Shown here: positions 21,676-34,134 of the stretch, one piece after another
Numbering within the stretch: the stretch's first letter is position 1
How the letters are laid out: each line of letters begins with the position of its first letter
Assembly (NCBI GenBank): GCA_004764695.1
Contig: SMSO01000007.1
Location: forward strand, 1,867,270 to 1,931,269
Direction: 5' to 3'
Source of the DNA: Schizochytrium sp. TIO01
Lineage: Eukaryota; Protista; Bigyra: Labyrinthulomycetes
Length of the DNA: 64,000 bases
Translations under genes and position numbers: made by a program
The notes under the pieces: model-generated
What the model saw: only the letters and a program-made list of their open reading frames with translations
Databases searched by the model: none
What the model was told of the DNA's origin: nothing

Positions 21676-23538
21676 GCTTCTTGTGTATGTTTCAATACGC
21701 TATTTGTTCACTCTCTATACTCCATAGTATACCGTAACCTTGACTTTGAGACACCATTTTGTTTCACTTGTGCACTGCTCCAATCACTTACAAACAAATA
21801 ATTAGCAGAATCTATGCAACGAAGAGAAGACCAACTCAACTGCCGTCGAAATGATGCACGCTTCCATGGCGCTTGTCATTGTTTTCAGGCTGGAGACGAG
21901 AGAAAGAAGCGCTTTTGGTTTCTCCTCGAGTGGAGTCAGACCTTCTGGAGTGGGCTTCCTTCCCTCTACAGAAGCATCGCAGAAGACTATTTTGCAGGCA
22001 TCAACAGCAACAGGCAATCTTGCTAAGACTGCGTAGGGAGTGCTACAGAGAACAGCAGGATTGACGATGGTGCGGTAACAAATGGGCAAATAGGCTAGAT
22101 ACCAGTGGACAAGAGTAAAATGCGTAATTTGGGCTGTGCAGCGCTAGAGAAGCTCGATACTTCAAGCTGAGGAAATGCAGAGGTCCAAGGAAGGTTAAAG
22201 TGCTGGTTCTGACCAAAGTTTGCCAGCTTGGGCTGTAATATTCAGGTTAGAGTGCGGGAATTTTGACCAACTTCATCGGTACTACATGGTACCTGGTTTA
22301 GTACTACCTACTACTTGGCGGAGGTGTGTGAAAGTATACAATAAGAACAACTGTTGTGTATCAAGACTAGAGTAGAGCGCTTGCGAAATGATGAAAATGT
22401 TGACGATGGCAGAGGCTGAGTCGAGGAAGTAGAGGCTGGGGAGTGCGACAAAAGTGTCCGTGCCTTCAAGCTGCTTATATTGAGAATTGAAAATGGCTCA
22501 GAGAAGGCTGGAATGCTGAAAAAAGAAATTTGGGGCTCCAGTCTGGAGGCGAGCACTCACTCACTCTTGACAAGTTAGCAAAAGAAAAAGGTGATCAAAA
22601 GAGGAAGAGGCCAATCCAATGACGCTTTCTTCTTCGCGAACAACAACGGAATTGAAGTAGGGGGAAATAGCCAATGTGGAGATGTGAACTAGTCGAGCAG
22701 GAATTAAAATAGTCCTTGGGACTCTACTATGCCTGTCATGTAATTGGATTTGATTATTTGCACGCATTATATTCTCAAAGGCATGGGGAATTTTAACCAT
22801 GCGCACAAGCATTTGTCAAAATATTCATAAATGACTTTCTCAGGATGTATATAGTGATGGACGACGATTTATACCCCTTTGAGCAAGACATGATAGCTAT
22901 GAACGTAATTAACATATGTTTCTTAAAGTTGTTGACAATTTGACGTGCCCTCTTTTCAATTCTTTTCTGTTCTTTCACTCTAAAAATCAGCTAGAATTAG
23001 CATTTATCCAATCAGTGATGCCTTTGGGCAGCATCCATAGAACCAAAATATATCTACAGTAGTTATGATTTAGTTGTCCTTGCAGTCATCGTAGACATTC
23101 CAGAATCCGAGTCATGTCCAGCAAAAAGGTTCTTACCTCTGCTAAGATATTATCATTTTAGAGAGACTCGATGCAATTAGCTTTTGACGTCTTGCATTAT
23201 CATATTTTTTCGTTTGGTTTTCCGTATGGAAAACGCAACAAGAAGATTAACATATTCGCATGGTTTCTTTTCCCACTTCCGTCAACAAGTTTCTCCTTCT
23301 GTCATGAAAAAACTGAATACCAAAAGTTACCTCTAGAATAGCTTTATGCTATCAAATCCGTTGCCAAAGATCTCTAGCTGCGTTTTGTTTGACCGAGCAT
23401 AAGACCAAGGAACGCAAAGCTATACCAACCCTATTAGCATTTGCCTATTCATTAGAAAAAGTGCTATTGCTATAAACTTTACCAGAGCGCATAATTTTCC
23501 AACATATGCAGTGCTGAATAGACTTCTTATTTACAGTC

Positions 23539-24552
23539 ATGTACCAACAAAGCCATCATTCACCGGATACATCTTTGCCCAGTGCTCATTATGTGGATAT
23601 CGCTTCGTTTGATGAGTCCTTTGTGAAGTCCCTTGGGGTGAAACAATGTTTTATTAGTTCTTTCAATGACTACCGTGCCGAAAAGGTTTCCGAGAAGCTT
23701 GTAGATTCAAGAACACGTCAGGAGTCTCCCTTTATTGCGGTGTCAGATCATGTGAAGTGCCTGCCTCCTTCCGAGGTCCTCCCCCAGTCCAAGATTCGAT
23801 TAAGAGAGACACCGATACAGTCTTTGCTGCGCGAGTATATATAGATGGAATGGTCGTTTTTGTAGTAAGCTCGCTTCCGCATTACTCAAGAGCTTGCACT
23901 CTCACAGACGGTGTAAAAAGGATAAGACCCTTTGACGATGGAGATTTATCCTTGTTTTTTCCTGTCCGAGAAGGATTGCAACAACCTTATGCAACTGTAT
24001 GGCGCGAATGAGACATCTGTTGAAGCATCGGTGTGGAATGTACTTAATCAGGCGTGTGCAAAATCTTCAAATGTTGAAGGCATTACATCATTTTTGCTGG
24101 GTAGCTCTTATACACCCGAAAAGCTTGAGAAGCTGAACCGTCGAGCACAGGGGAGCGCAGACCGATGGACCGAGCTTCAAACCTTTCCGTTTTGGGTTTT
24201 AAATATTCTCCCCTTTAGAGACTAAATGCAAACAAAAGAAATACAATGACTCTAACACCTGAAGAATATCTAGCTCAGAGAGAGAAACAAGCGGGGCGTT
24301 CTTTAATTGGAAACACATGTGCTGCTCTGACCATTGCGCTTGCTGTTAGCTTGGTTGATCAGAACGAGCACTACATTCGGGAGCTATCACCGTTTTCTTT
24401 GCTACTGCGGCGGTTCTGTTCATTTTTGGTTTTTTTTGATGCGCGAAGAAATGCCTAGTGTGACCACAATCTATCCACTGGGGTATGCAGTCCCCGAAAA
24501 GCACATGGAGCGCTTGCCTGAATTGCTTTTGAAGGCAAAAAATAGCGAATGA
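23539..24552 (+). pseudogene. Frameshifted coding relic (five tiled plus-strand ORFs), product unknown
   Basis: ORFs 23539-23844, 23757-24011, 23932-24225, 24246-24458 and 24334-24552 tile the strand. They can be joined by frame changes at homopolymer or dinucleotide runs (C5 near 23781, T7 near 23954, AGAG near 24217, T8 near 24429). Confidence 0.4.
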
Positions 24553-26139
24553 AGTTGATGGTCACGTCGATCGATACGATTGCAAGGATGAGCTTGACTT
24601 ATCGAGCATCTGCGAGCCTTCCGCGTATACAGCAAGCAAGCTGGCTCGAGGCTCTTGCGAGTGGGTGCCTTATCTCGAATAGGTAGTCAGTCCCCTAAAG
24701 CTCGCTTTGGTTGCTGCCTTCCTGGTTCCTATGGCCATTTTGGAGTTGTTAGACGGACTCCTTCCTCGAGCTTCTCGTGCGGCCTAGAAACGACAACAAC
24801 GGCTACAACAACAGCAACACGAGCAGCAGTAGCGAGAGCGGGGGCACCGCTCTGTGCAGAGCTGCGTGTCCACGCCCACTCCATTGCGACGGAGCGCTTC
24901 GTTCGAGCTGTCGCTGCATATGGCCTGTCGCTCCAACGATGGTGTTCCTGCACGCCGGAACGACTCGTGAATGAACTTCATCAATTCGTGAACTTCTTTC
25001 CATCATTGTTGTCATCATTCCAGGGAAAATGGACTTCCAGCTGGCCCACCTTTGCGAACCATTTCTCCGTAAGGCACGCGACCAAGCGCGCCGTCTTCCT
25101 TCTCTGCAGGAAGGCCAAGCGGAGCAGTTATCTAATTCGCTCTGATCCACGCTCCTGACCTGAAAGGCGCCTCTCAAACCAAGGTCAGCCAGGCAGGCAG
25201 TGCACGGAGCACTCTAAGTAGGCCGCGAGCATCTGCATGCATCACACATCATTCGGAACGCTCAAAGCACAATCAATCATGACAGGCCTCGATCAAATCG
25301 TGAGCTTCCCGAAAGGCCATGGAACCAGATCGCCTCGTGAATGTATGATATGACTCGCACACGCACACACATTATTTTTTTAATCATTTGTCCATCTTAT
25401 TTCCAAGCACAAATAGACCAGCGTCAAGTTTCTCCAAGTTTTTCAGCTTGGTGCAGCAATGCTGCTCTCTGCACGGCCCTTCTTAACAGGAGATGTTGAG
25501 CTAGCTCTACGCTTCACTCATGCATGCTCTGTGGCATTCATTGCTTAGTGGCGAGCTGCACTTCCTCCACGTTTTTCATGTTCTTCATGCCAAATGTCTC
25601 TGGTTTCTTCGTAACAGGCGGCAGGCACTAGGAATGTATGTATGTATCTGTAATTGCATGGGCCTATGGTTGTCAGCGCACTCTGAGGAGTCAGCACGTA
25701 CGACTCAGCTTCGTGAACCCTCCAGAGCCTCTGGCTAGCTGCCTGATTGATTAAACTATGTCAACCGACCAATAACTTCACTGGCCGCAGTCACGGCCTG
25801 GAAGACCGCCACAACGTAGCTGAGGATCAGACCAAGTTGCGGCGAGGTCCACTTCTTGCGAGAGATCTGCATCATCGCTTTCCACAACCGATGAACATCT
25901 CCGTGTCTTCAGAAGATATGTAATGCACTAAAATGGCATACACAAATGCAATGCAATGCAATGCGGTGAAAAGGCCGTGAGGACAGCAAACAAATTGAAT
26001 TACAACATCAAGGAAACACTACCTTCTAACCAGCCTGCCTTTCTACCCGCTGCGAGCTTTCCATCATCAGCGTTCGGAATCGATTCCGAGTCTGCCTTGA
26101 AAGAAGCAACCAATTGTGCGAATTCCAACCAAAGAAGCC

Positions 26140-26232
26140 AACGAAATCCAACGAAATCCAACGAAATCCAACGAAATCCAACGAAATCCAACGAAATCAA
26201 ATCAAATCAAATCAAATCAAATCAAATCAAAT
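26140..26232. repeat. (AACGAAATCC)n decamer array grading into (CAAAT)n pentamers
   Basis: About 6 decamers followed by about 7 pentamers. Confidence 0.92.
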
Positions 26233-26614
26233 GAGAGCGAACGAATTGTATGTCCATCTCGTAAGACGAAGAAGACAAGGACTCCGTGGAGCCTGGCTGG
26301 CTTCAGCGGAATGAATGCTGGAATGCTGGCCGCCCGAGCCGAACCAGGCTCCTCCTCTCGCCGCCGGCGGAGCGCCTGCCGTCGCGCGGCCTCCCTCCTC
26401 CGTCGCTCCCGCGCCCTGCGCTGCGTCTGCTTCGCGCTCTGGTTCTCCGCGGATCGATCGATCGATCGATGCGATGCGATGCGATGCGTGAGAGATTCAT
26501 TCATTCATTCGCACGAGTCAAATCCACCAAACGAAACGCCCCAAATGCAACAAATGAAACGAATTTAATCAAACAAACAAATGGAACAAACAAACAAATG
26601 GAACAAGGAAAAAC

Positions 26615-26701
26615 ATTCATACATTCACACATTCATACATTCATACATTCACACATTCATACATTCATACATTCATACATTCATACATTCACACATTCAT
26701 A
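26615..26701. repeat. (CATT/CATA/CACA) compound microsatellite
   Basis: Direct reading. Confidence 0.9.
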
Positions 26702-27984
26702 CAAACAAACACATGAATAGATAAACAAACAGATCAAACAAGTAAGTAGGTGAATAAACACATCAACTCACAGCAAACAAAAGTTTGTGGTTCCAATCGA
26801 GATGGCCAATCACTAGCACTTGAGCAGCCTCATTTTAAAGAATGCATTGCCATATGTCATAAGGGCGCTTTTGCAGAGTGGGAAAGGCGGCTTTTTGAAG
26901 TATGAGTGCGGCATAAGTTAAGTTTCCAGTTGGTTAGTTGATGAAAGAGTATGTTTTATTTCTGTCGCCGCCACCATTGCTAACTTTGTTTGTAGATACG
27001 AACTGTATAATCAAAAGTAAACCTTTACTTTAGTTTTGCGGCAGCTTAGGCGCTGCTAGGCGCCTCCTACCACGCTATACTTGTTTACAGTAAAGCAAAA
27101 AAGTGAGGGAGAAAGGACAAACCTGGCTGGCTAGACTTTCCGCTAGGAGATCCTACTGGCTAGGCCAGAGAAGGTTATTCGCCTCATTTTAAAAATTGTT
27201 TTTGTTGTTTTTGAAAAGAGAGAGGCAAGAAAAGCTTTCTTTTCTTACTTGATTCTACGATGTATTGTTGTATTGGCTTAAGATAAAAGCACCTTCAAGT
27301 TTATCATCCATAGATCGTGATATATAAAATTAGAAATTCGATTTCAAATGAAAAAATAGAAACAACATCGATGCCAAAAGAAACTTCGAAGCGGCGGGAA
27401 AGAGAACGCGAGGAGAACAGAAAGAAAGATACTGCGTGCTTATCATTAAGGGCCGCGTTCTCTTTTCCCGCTTCTGTTCTTTCCCGCCAGTTTCCTCTTT
27501 CTTTTCAGCGTCGCTGAGTTCTGAGCTTCTTTCCACGGCCCTCCTAGCGGCCAGATAGGCCAAACCTTAATGGCCGAGGTTTAAAAATCGATGATGCCTG
27601 AGTCTCTAAGAAAGTAAGTCAGTCCACGCGGAATTTCCGCCTTCTGAAGCGGCGGACTCGAAGAAGCGCAGGCAGGAGGCACCGCAGCCAGGACGGCCGC
27701 CGCTGCCTGAGGGGGCGCCAGCGGCCTCCTATGGGCCCCAGAGCGCTCCCTCCGCGGGCCCCGCTCGGCTTTCCAGAGCGTTTTGGAGGGAAGCGAGGCC
27801 AATTCGAGCGAACAGAGCAGAGCCCATTGAAGTTCTGTCTTTCAGGAGAGGGAGGCCTAGAGGGAAGTAGGTGGGTCTTAGGCGCACATTACTGTTGTTG
27901 CTGTTGTTGTCGAATGGAGGAATGAATAAATCATTCGTTTATTTCATTCGTTTGTTTCACTCGTTTATTCATTCCTTGATTTCA

Positions 27985-28019
<35 letters not shown>

Positions 28020-28325
28020 GAATGAATGAAGAATGAATGAATGAAGAATGAATGAATGAATAAAGGAATGAAACGAATGAATGAATGAATGAATGAATAA
28101 AGGAATGAAACGAATGAATGAATGAATGATTGATTGATTGATTGATTGAATGAATGAATAAAGGAAGGATTGAATGAGTGAATAAAGGAAGGATTGAATG
28201 AATGAATAAAGGAAGGATTGAATGAATGAATAAAGTAAGGATTGAATGAATGAATAAAGTAAGGATTGAATGAATGAATAAAGTAAGGATTGAATGAATG
28301 AATAAAGGAAGGATTGAATGAATGA
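27985..28325. repeat. (GATT)n/(GAAT)n array containing a 24-bp minisatellite (G/T)AAGGATTGAATGAATGAATAAAG, about 7 copies at 28163-28322
   Basis: Direct reading; the 8-aa periodicity FNPSFIHS in the spurious antisense ORF confirms the 24-nt unit. Confidence 0.92.
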
Positions 28326-28700
28326 TTGAGAATGCTGAGATGGATCATCGTCGTTTGGTCATGGAACATTAGAGCGAATGAAGGAAACAATAAAGGAGCG
28401 ATTTCCCATTCCTCAGTTCACTCATTCATTCATTCCTCAGTTCACTCATTCATTCACTCTTATTTCATTCCTCTGTTCACTAATTGATAGATTGATAGAT
28501 CGATCACTTCATTCATTCATTCATAACTCAGACAAGCGTCAAGGAAAGCAGCAACAGCAGTAGATGGGTAGATCCGGCCGGCAGCAGCGCCGCGAGGCAC
28601 GGCGTGGACCGCCTCCACGCCCGCCTGCGGAGGGAGGGAGGCCTTGGCCTGGAGCGGATTGACGATTGATCGATCAATCGATCGTCATCGTTTGTTTGTT

Positions 28701-28705
28701 TTCTC

Positions 28706-28745
<40 letters not shown>
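28701..28745. repeat. (CT)n microsatellite
   Basis: Direct reading; a second run lies at about 29267-29292. Confidence 0.9.
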
Positions 28746-28747
<2 letters not shown>

Positions 28748-29695
28748 AGAGCAATCAATGTTCGTTGTTTCTCATTCGCTCATTTCATTTGTTGTTGATT
28801 GACTGTATCATTGATACCCACTTTGTTAGTTAGCTAGCGGTGGCACTAAGCAGGTCCTAGCAGCGCACTAGGATAATCTCCATTTTCTTCTTTCAGTTTT
28901 GGCTTTGCTGTTTAATTGAAAAAAAAAATAAAAAAACAAAAAAACATAAAAATTGTGGATGAAAAAGATAATTATTATTTGTTTGTTTGTTTGTTTGTTT
29001 GTTTGTTTCTTCCTATTTGAAGGAGACATTGATTGATTTATGGATTGTTTTTCCTCGAATCAGATTTCCTTTCGCCGGCGTCTACTACTGCGCCGTCCAG
29101 TTACGAAGTCCTCTCCCTGTTCTTCTTCTTCGTCGTCGCTGTCGCCGTCGCCGTCCTCCGCCAAGAGGACACCCGGCCGCGACTCCGACTGGCTTGTACT
29201 CTCTCTGCGTCCAGCCTTGAACGGCAGCTCGAGCCTCGGCAGTGCCGGGAATCGGACTCCACGAAGGTCTCTCTCTCTCTCTCTCTCTCTCGCTCTGCGC
29301 TTCTCTCATCCTAGCCTCGGCAAAAAGCCTCCTTCCTCTCCACCACCGTTGCGCCCGCGAGCGGAGCCAACACCACCGGGAAGGAAATCTTCTCGCTTCA
29401 CTGCGTGGCCTGCGCAGAGGTTTTGTCACGAGGATTCGTAGAACTTGTTGACCTTTTCAAGCGGGGCCTTGGATCTGCTGCATATCTATCTCTCTTTAGA
29501 TACAGATCTTCATAATAGATCCATCCTTGACGTTGCAACCTTCAACTCCTCGCAACTACTCCAGAAGCGGCTCAACATCTATCCAAGTATTGAGCTACCT
29601 GGCGAGTTTTCGTAAGGCTTTTTTAATATACATTTTGGTGAAAGGTTCTGAAAGGAATCGTCTTTGTAGGCATCTCATTATAGCCAAATTGCATC

Positions 29696-32326
29696 ATGTT
29701 CAAGTACCGTGCCATCCAGGGCTTTCAGGCTGAGGGACCCGGCGAGATGTCCATCAATGCTGGCGAAATCCTCGTCGCTCAGGACAATACTCCTATGGAC
29801 GGCTGGATCGACGTTAAGTCTTTGAGTTCCGGCAACCAGGGCTTCGTTCCCTTCGGCTACCTGGACCTCGTCAAGCAGCCTGACACCAGCAGCGACGCTA
29901 GCAGCCAAGGAATGCTCTCAATGCAGAGTGGTCCTATGAGCAACTCTTTTGGCCAGATGGCTAACGTTACCTCTTACAACCACCTCGCCTCCGCAGGCCA
30001 GGAGCCTCCATCTGCCACCTCGTACAACCCGCTGGCCTCTCCTTCGGACCACTCGACCTACGACATGATGGGCTCGCCCAACACCCCCGGTTCATACGGT
30101 CAAAGTCCTATGACAGGGGACCAGTTCAACGCGCCCCCCCCGGCCCTGAATCCCTCCATTCAGGGCTCTAACCCTTTCGATCAAATGGGATCCATGGCCA
30201 ATTCTCTGCCACCAACCACAACATCTTCTTCTTCTTCTTCATCGTCATCCATGACTTCCAACTCCTCGGCGAGATCGCCGCCCCCTCAGATCCCGAGCTC
30301 TCAGAACGATGCATCGAAACGCCACTCATATGCCATGAACCAGGCCCCCCAACAACAGATGCAGAATGTGCAGGACCAGTACAAGGTTACAAACCGAGCC
30401 CAATTCGATGAAACATTGGAGCTGTGGCGTGAACGCGAGCGTAGATTTCTCAAGGGCGAGCCGGAACGCCTCCCGCAGTCAAAGAAGCGCGAATATTTTT
30501 TCTGGACACGCAACGGACAGCGTGTGGGACCGCTCACAGAGGAAGACATGCGACGCAGGTTCGATACGCGAGAACTCTCTCTGGATACACCCGTGGCACT
30601 CAGTGTGGAAAATGAAGAACCGCGTGCCGTGCAGCTCCAAGAATACTTTCCGAGCGTGCAAGATGCCTTTCAGACTGTTCCCAAGGTGGAGAAACCAGGT
30701 GAGATTATGTGGGTGTATCTTGATGACATGGGACTCGTGCAAGGCCCGTTCTCCTCGAAGCAAATGCGCGACTGGTTCCAGGATGGATACTTTAACGAGT
30801 TCTCAAAGGTCAAACTCGCCAACAGCGGCGATGACCTCTTTATGCAGCTGGGACTTCTCTTCCCGGAGGGACAGGGCGCGTTTCTTAGCGAAGGTGACCA
30901 GGCAGGGGCCAAGGCACGTCAGCGTGAGATCGACGCTCAAGGATCTTTTCGCAATGCAGGCTCTATGGGTTATGCAGGCATGACTGCGCCCTCCGATGGA
31001 TCATTCAGGCAAGGTGGCAGCCAGCAATTCGGCAGCGACAACATCGCGAGCCCGTACGATCCTAACAACCCGTATGGAATGGGATCCAGCGCAATGTACG
31101 GCAACACCGGACAGCCGCCGTTTGGCGCCTACGACCCCAACAATCCATTCGGAGGAAGTGGCTCCGATAATCTTGGTGGGTACACGCCTTCTAGCAGCAT
31201 GCCGCCTCCTGCGTGGGGAGCACCCAACTCGTCTTCTCAGTATGACCCTTTTGGGGCGCCAGACAGCGGAGGCAAAGCACTTCTTATGAGGGCGCTCAGT
31301 GGAGAAGAGCAGCGGCCTGGAGTGCCACCTGCACTTGGAGCTACCTCAGCAGGAGGAATCCCACCCCCCCCTGCGATGCAGCCACCGCAAGATGATGATT
31401 GGGGAGTTCACTGGAGCGACGAAGAGGACGAGTACCCGATCAAGGGTGTACAGAAGGGTCACGCTGAGGATAACCCATTGACTGTGGCGGAGATGGATGA
31501 CGACGAGGGCCAGAAACCCCCCAAAGTTACAAAATTCTCAGAGCTTAACGAGAGATACCTATCCAGCGTGGACTCGCTGTACTTATTTCTTACGAGGTGC
31601 TTGCCTAAGAAGCTCGGCACAATCCGCTGCAAGATCAAGCGCTCTGTGGTGGGTCTTCATGTGAACTACAACGTATACGAGGTCTTCCTCGAGAAGGATG
31701 ACGGGTCTCTTGGCCCGCAGATCATGTGCGCTCGCAAGCATCGCAAGTTCGGTATCGACTCTTTCTATAACCTTGAGATTGGTACAGTGAACACGCGTGA
31801 GTGCGGTAAGGTTATTTCTGCGCTCATCTTCAACTCCCTCGGTACAAACTTTGTATGTCATAACAATGTGTCTGCTCACAAGGGTAGACCCCGTGACCTG
31901 TGTTGCATCGTCTACGCGCGCAATGTCGGCCGTGGCCCCCGTAAGTTCCAGGTCGCCCTCCCAGCCCTTAAGGAGAACTCTGAGACCGAGATGGTAGAAT
32001 GGTCCCACCAAGGCTCTGTTCGCCGTTCCAAGATGTTGCAATCCCTCAACACTCTTGACTTTCCCAACCTTCAGCCGCTAGTGAATAAGAAACCCACCTG
32101 GTCCAAGAAGCACCGTGCTTGGGTCCTCAACTTCCACGGACGCGTCACGCGCTCTAGTGTAAAGAACTTCCAACTGGTGCGCCCAGACAACAACGACGAT
32201 GTTGTGCTTCAGTTCGGTCGCGTTGGCACGGATACTTTTACTATGGATATGAGCTGGCCAATTTCCCCCGTCACAGCCTTGGCAGTCTGTGTCTCTTCAC
32301 TCCACTCCAAGCTAGCAGTAGAATAA
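29696..32326 (+). CDS. SH3-GYF-GYF-Tubby domain protein
   Basis: SH3: YRAIQGFQAEGPGEMSINAGE..DGWIDV..GFVPFGYL. GYF-like: YFFWTRNGQRVGPLTEEDM. GYF: WVYLDDMGLVQGPFSSKQMRDWFQDGYF. C-terminal Tubby: GPRKF, LVNKKPTW..WVLNFHGRVTRSSVKNFQLV..VLQFGRVGTDTFTMD..SSLHSKLAVE. Confidence 0.92.
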   Translation: MFKYRAIQGFQAEGPGEMSINAGEILVAQDNTPMDGWIDVKSLSSGNQGFVPFGYLDLVKQPDTSSDASSQGMLSMQSGPMSNSFGQMANVTSYNHLASAGQEPPSATSYNPLASPSDHSTYDMMGSPNTPGSYGQSPMTGDQFNAPPPALNPSIQGSNPFDQMGSMANSLPPTTTSSSSSSSSSMTSNSSARSPPPQIPSSQNDASKRHSYAMNQAPQQQMQNVQDQYKVTNRAQFDETLELWRERERRFLKGEPERLPQSKKREYFFWTRNGQRVGPLTEEDMRRRFDTRELSLDTPVALSVENEEPRAVQLQEYFPSVQDAFQTVPKVEKPGEIMWVYLDDMGLVQGPFSSKQMRDWFQDGYFNEFSKVKLANSGDDLFMQLGLLFPEGQGAFLSEGDQAGAKARQREIDAQGSFRNAGSMGYAGMTAPSDGSFRQGGSQQFGSDNIASPYDPNNPYGMGSSAMYGNTGQPPFGAYDPNNPFGGSGSDNLGGYTPSSSMPPPAWGAPNSSSQYDPFGAPDSGGKALLMRALSGEEQRPGVPPALGATSAGGIPPPPAMQPPQDDDWGVHWSDEEDEYPIKGVQKGHAEDNPLTVAEMDDDEGQKPPKVTKFSELNERYLSSVDSLYLFLTRCLPKKLGTIRCKIKRSVVGLHVNYNVYEVFLEKDDGSLGPQIMCARKHRKFGIDSFYNLEIGTVNTRECGKVISALIFNSLGTNFVCHNNVSAHKGRPRDLCCIVYARNVGRGPRKFQVALPALKENSETEMVEWSHQGSVRRSKMLQSLNTLDFPNLQPLVNKKPTWSKKHRAWVLNFHGRVTRSSVKNFQLVRPDNNDDVVLQFGRVGTDTFTMDMSWPISPVTALAVCVSSLHSKLAVE

Positions 32327-34134
32327 GCAAGAAGACATTCATACATAATTTTCTATCGCGTTTTTATTATCTCAGTTCCTCTCTTTTCTTAAATTGTGCA
32401 ATCAAAACCTGCCACATGTCTGTCCGTACATATTAAAACCCCTTGATTGAATAACTTGTAGTCTCCCACCTTTCCGAACAAAGAGTTGGTTTACGTTGCA
32501 TCTTCTACGTCTTTCGTGCAATATATATTATAGGCCCCTTGGAATTAATATCCTATATTGTTGACGTAGAATGCCAGCCAATTCTGCGCGCCACCAATTT
32601 TGCAATAGTTTGGAGATAGCCATTCTTTGAAAAAGGAGCAACATTCAAAATGGAAACTCCATAACAGAAATTAATAAGAATAGTCAATCTACAGCTGATC
32701 AAAATTGAGAAGGGAGACAAAAGTTGCAATGTGCAACAACCATGTGCGAGAGATCAATACGACTCAACATGAGACGCTATAAACCGAGTACAGAGAGAAC
32801 AGGAAAAAGTAAAGCTCAACGAAGTCAGACTTTGCACAGCACTTTGTTCATTCATGTTGAGGCTGCCATATTTGCAGACTCCTTTACGACAACCATTTTT
32901 TATTTTCATAGCAAAACGTGCTCAGAGACCTTTCGTAAACGAGCGACTGCACCACTCCAGAAGGGATGCTTCATGTTCACTTCGCTATTGAGATCTGCAA
33001 ATTCGTCACCCCGAGAATGATATTGAGGTCTGCAATCCGTCCAGAAAATTACTTTCTGGCAAAGTCTATCCTGGTGAGTTTAATTAACAACGAAAAAGTG
33101 GTGATTTATGCTCGCTAAATGGCAGACTTCAGTATAGTAAAAACTGATTTTGTAAACTCTACTACTATACTGAACAACTGTTGGCTTGTGCATGAAACGC
33201 ATTAGTTTGTAGCATATTTCTTTGAGATTCTTATTAGCAATGCTGACCAGACATGATGCAATCGTAAACACCACCGAGGACTAACCCAGCGTAAACTCCC
33301 CTTCGGTGGTGACTGTTTTTTAAGGTAATGAGCATGTCTACGACTCGTGATATCAAGATCTTTCATTGAGGATAGAATCGCAAGTTAAAGTATATAAAAA
33401 ACGGGGGAGGGGGGAAGCAAAACAGAGTTAAAGAGATATTTCAAGGAACACGGGAAGCTAAATGCGACGCATTTAGTAATCACTTCTCTTATCTGTTTTC
33501 ATGTTTCACTTTAAGCTTTTAACTGATGCATTTCAAGTCAGCCGTCCCACCCCACTCTCACACGCAAAACAAAAGAATCTTGTAAATACATACAGCAAAG
33601 TCGTTGAATTGTTGGATCGGGCTGAGTACCAGCCCAGAAGTGATAGCCTATGTTGCTTCTATTCAAAATATTGAAAACTAGAAAAAAATATATATAACCA
33701 AAAAATAAAGTCTACGAAGTGAGGGTGCAAACGCAGCAGCGGCAACAACAAAAAGCGCACTACTGCTTTACGCAAAGAATTCTAGAGCGATGCATGTAAT
33801 GTACCACAAACGAAAGAATTTCATCGCTCCATGTGCTTTGTGGACTCATATACTCTTCACGGGCAAATAAGAAAGCTCTTGCGTAAGCAAGAGCCAAGAA
33901 ACCGTGAGAGTTGATTAAGTCATGTGTAAGTTACACGGGATAATGATTCATGGAGAGGCATCATCAGAGAGAACTAGTTTGAGTAGCCTCGAGCTGGTTC
34001 CGCTGCGACTCTTCTACTTATCTCTGCCGTTTTTGTTTTTTGTTTTTCTCTCTCTCTCTCTGTACGTGTCTGTCTGTCTCTGTCTTGCAATGGTGACCAG
34101 ACTTTGAAAGAGATTGCACGTGCATATGCCCTAT

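Noticed and set aside
26140-28325. Regular short repeats as a possible CRISPR array or telomere
   Set aside because: No unique spacers and no cas genes in a eukaryotic context; the units are not TTAGGG/TTTAGGG-like.
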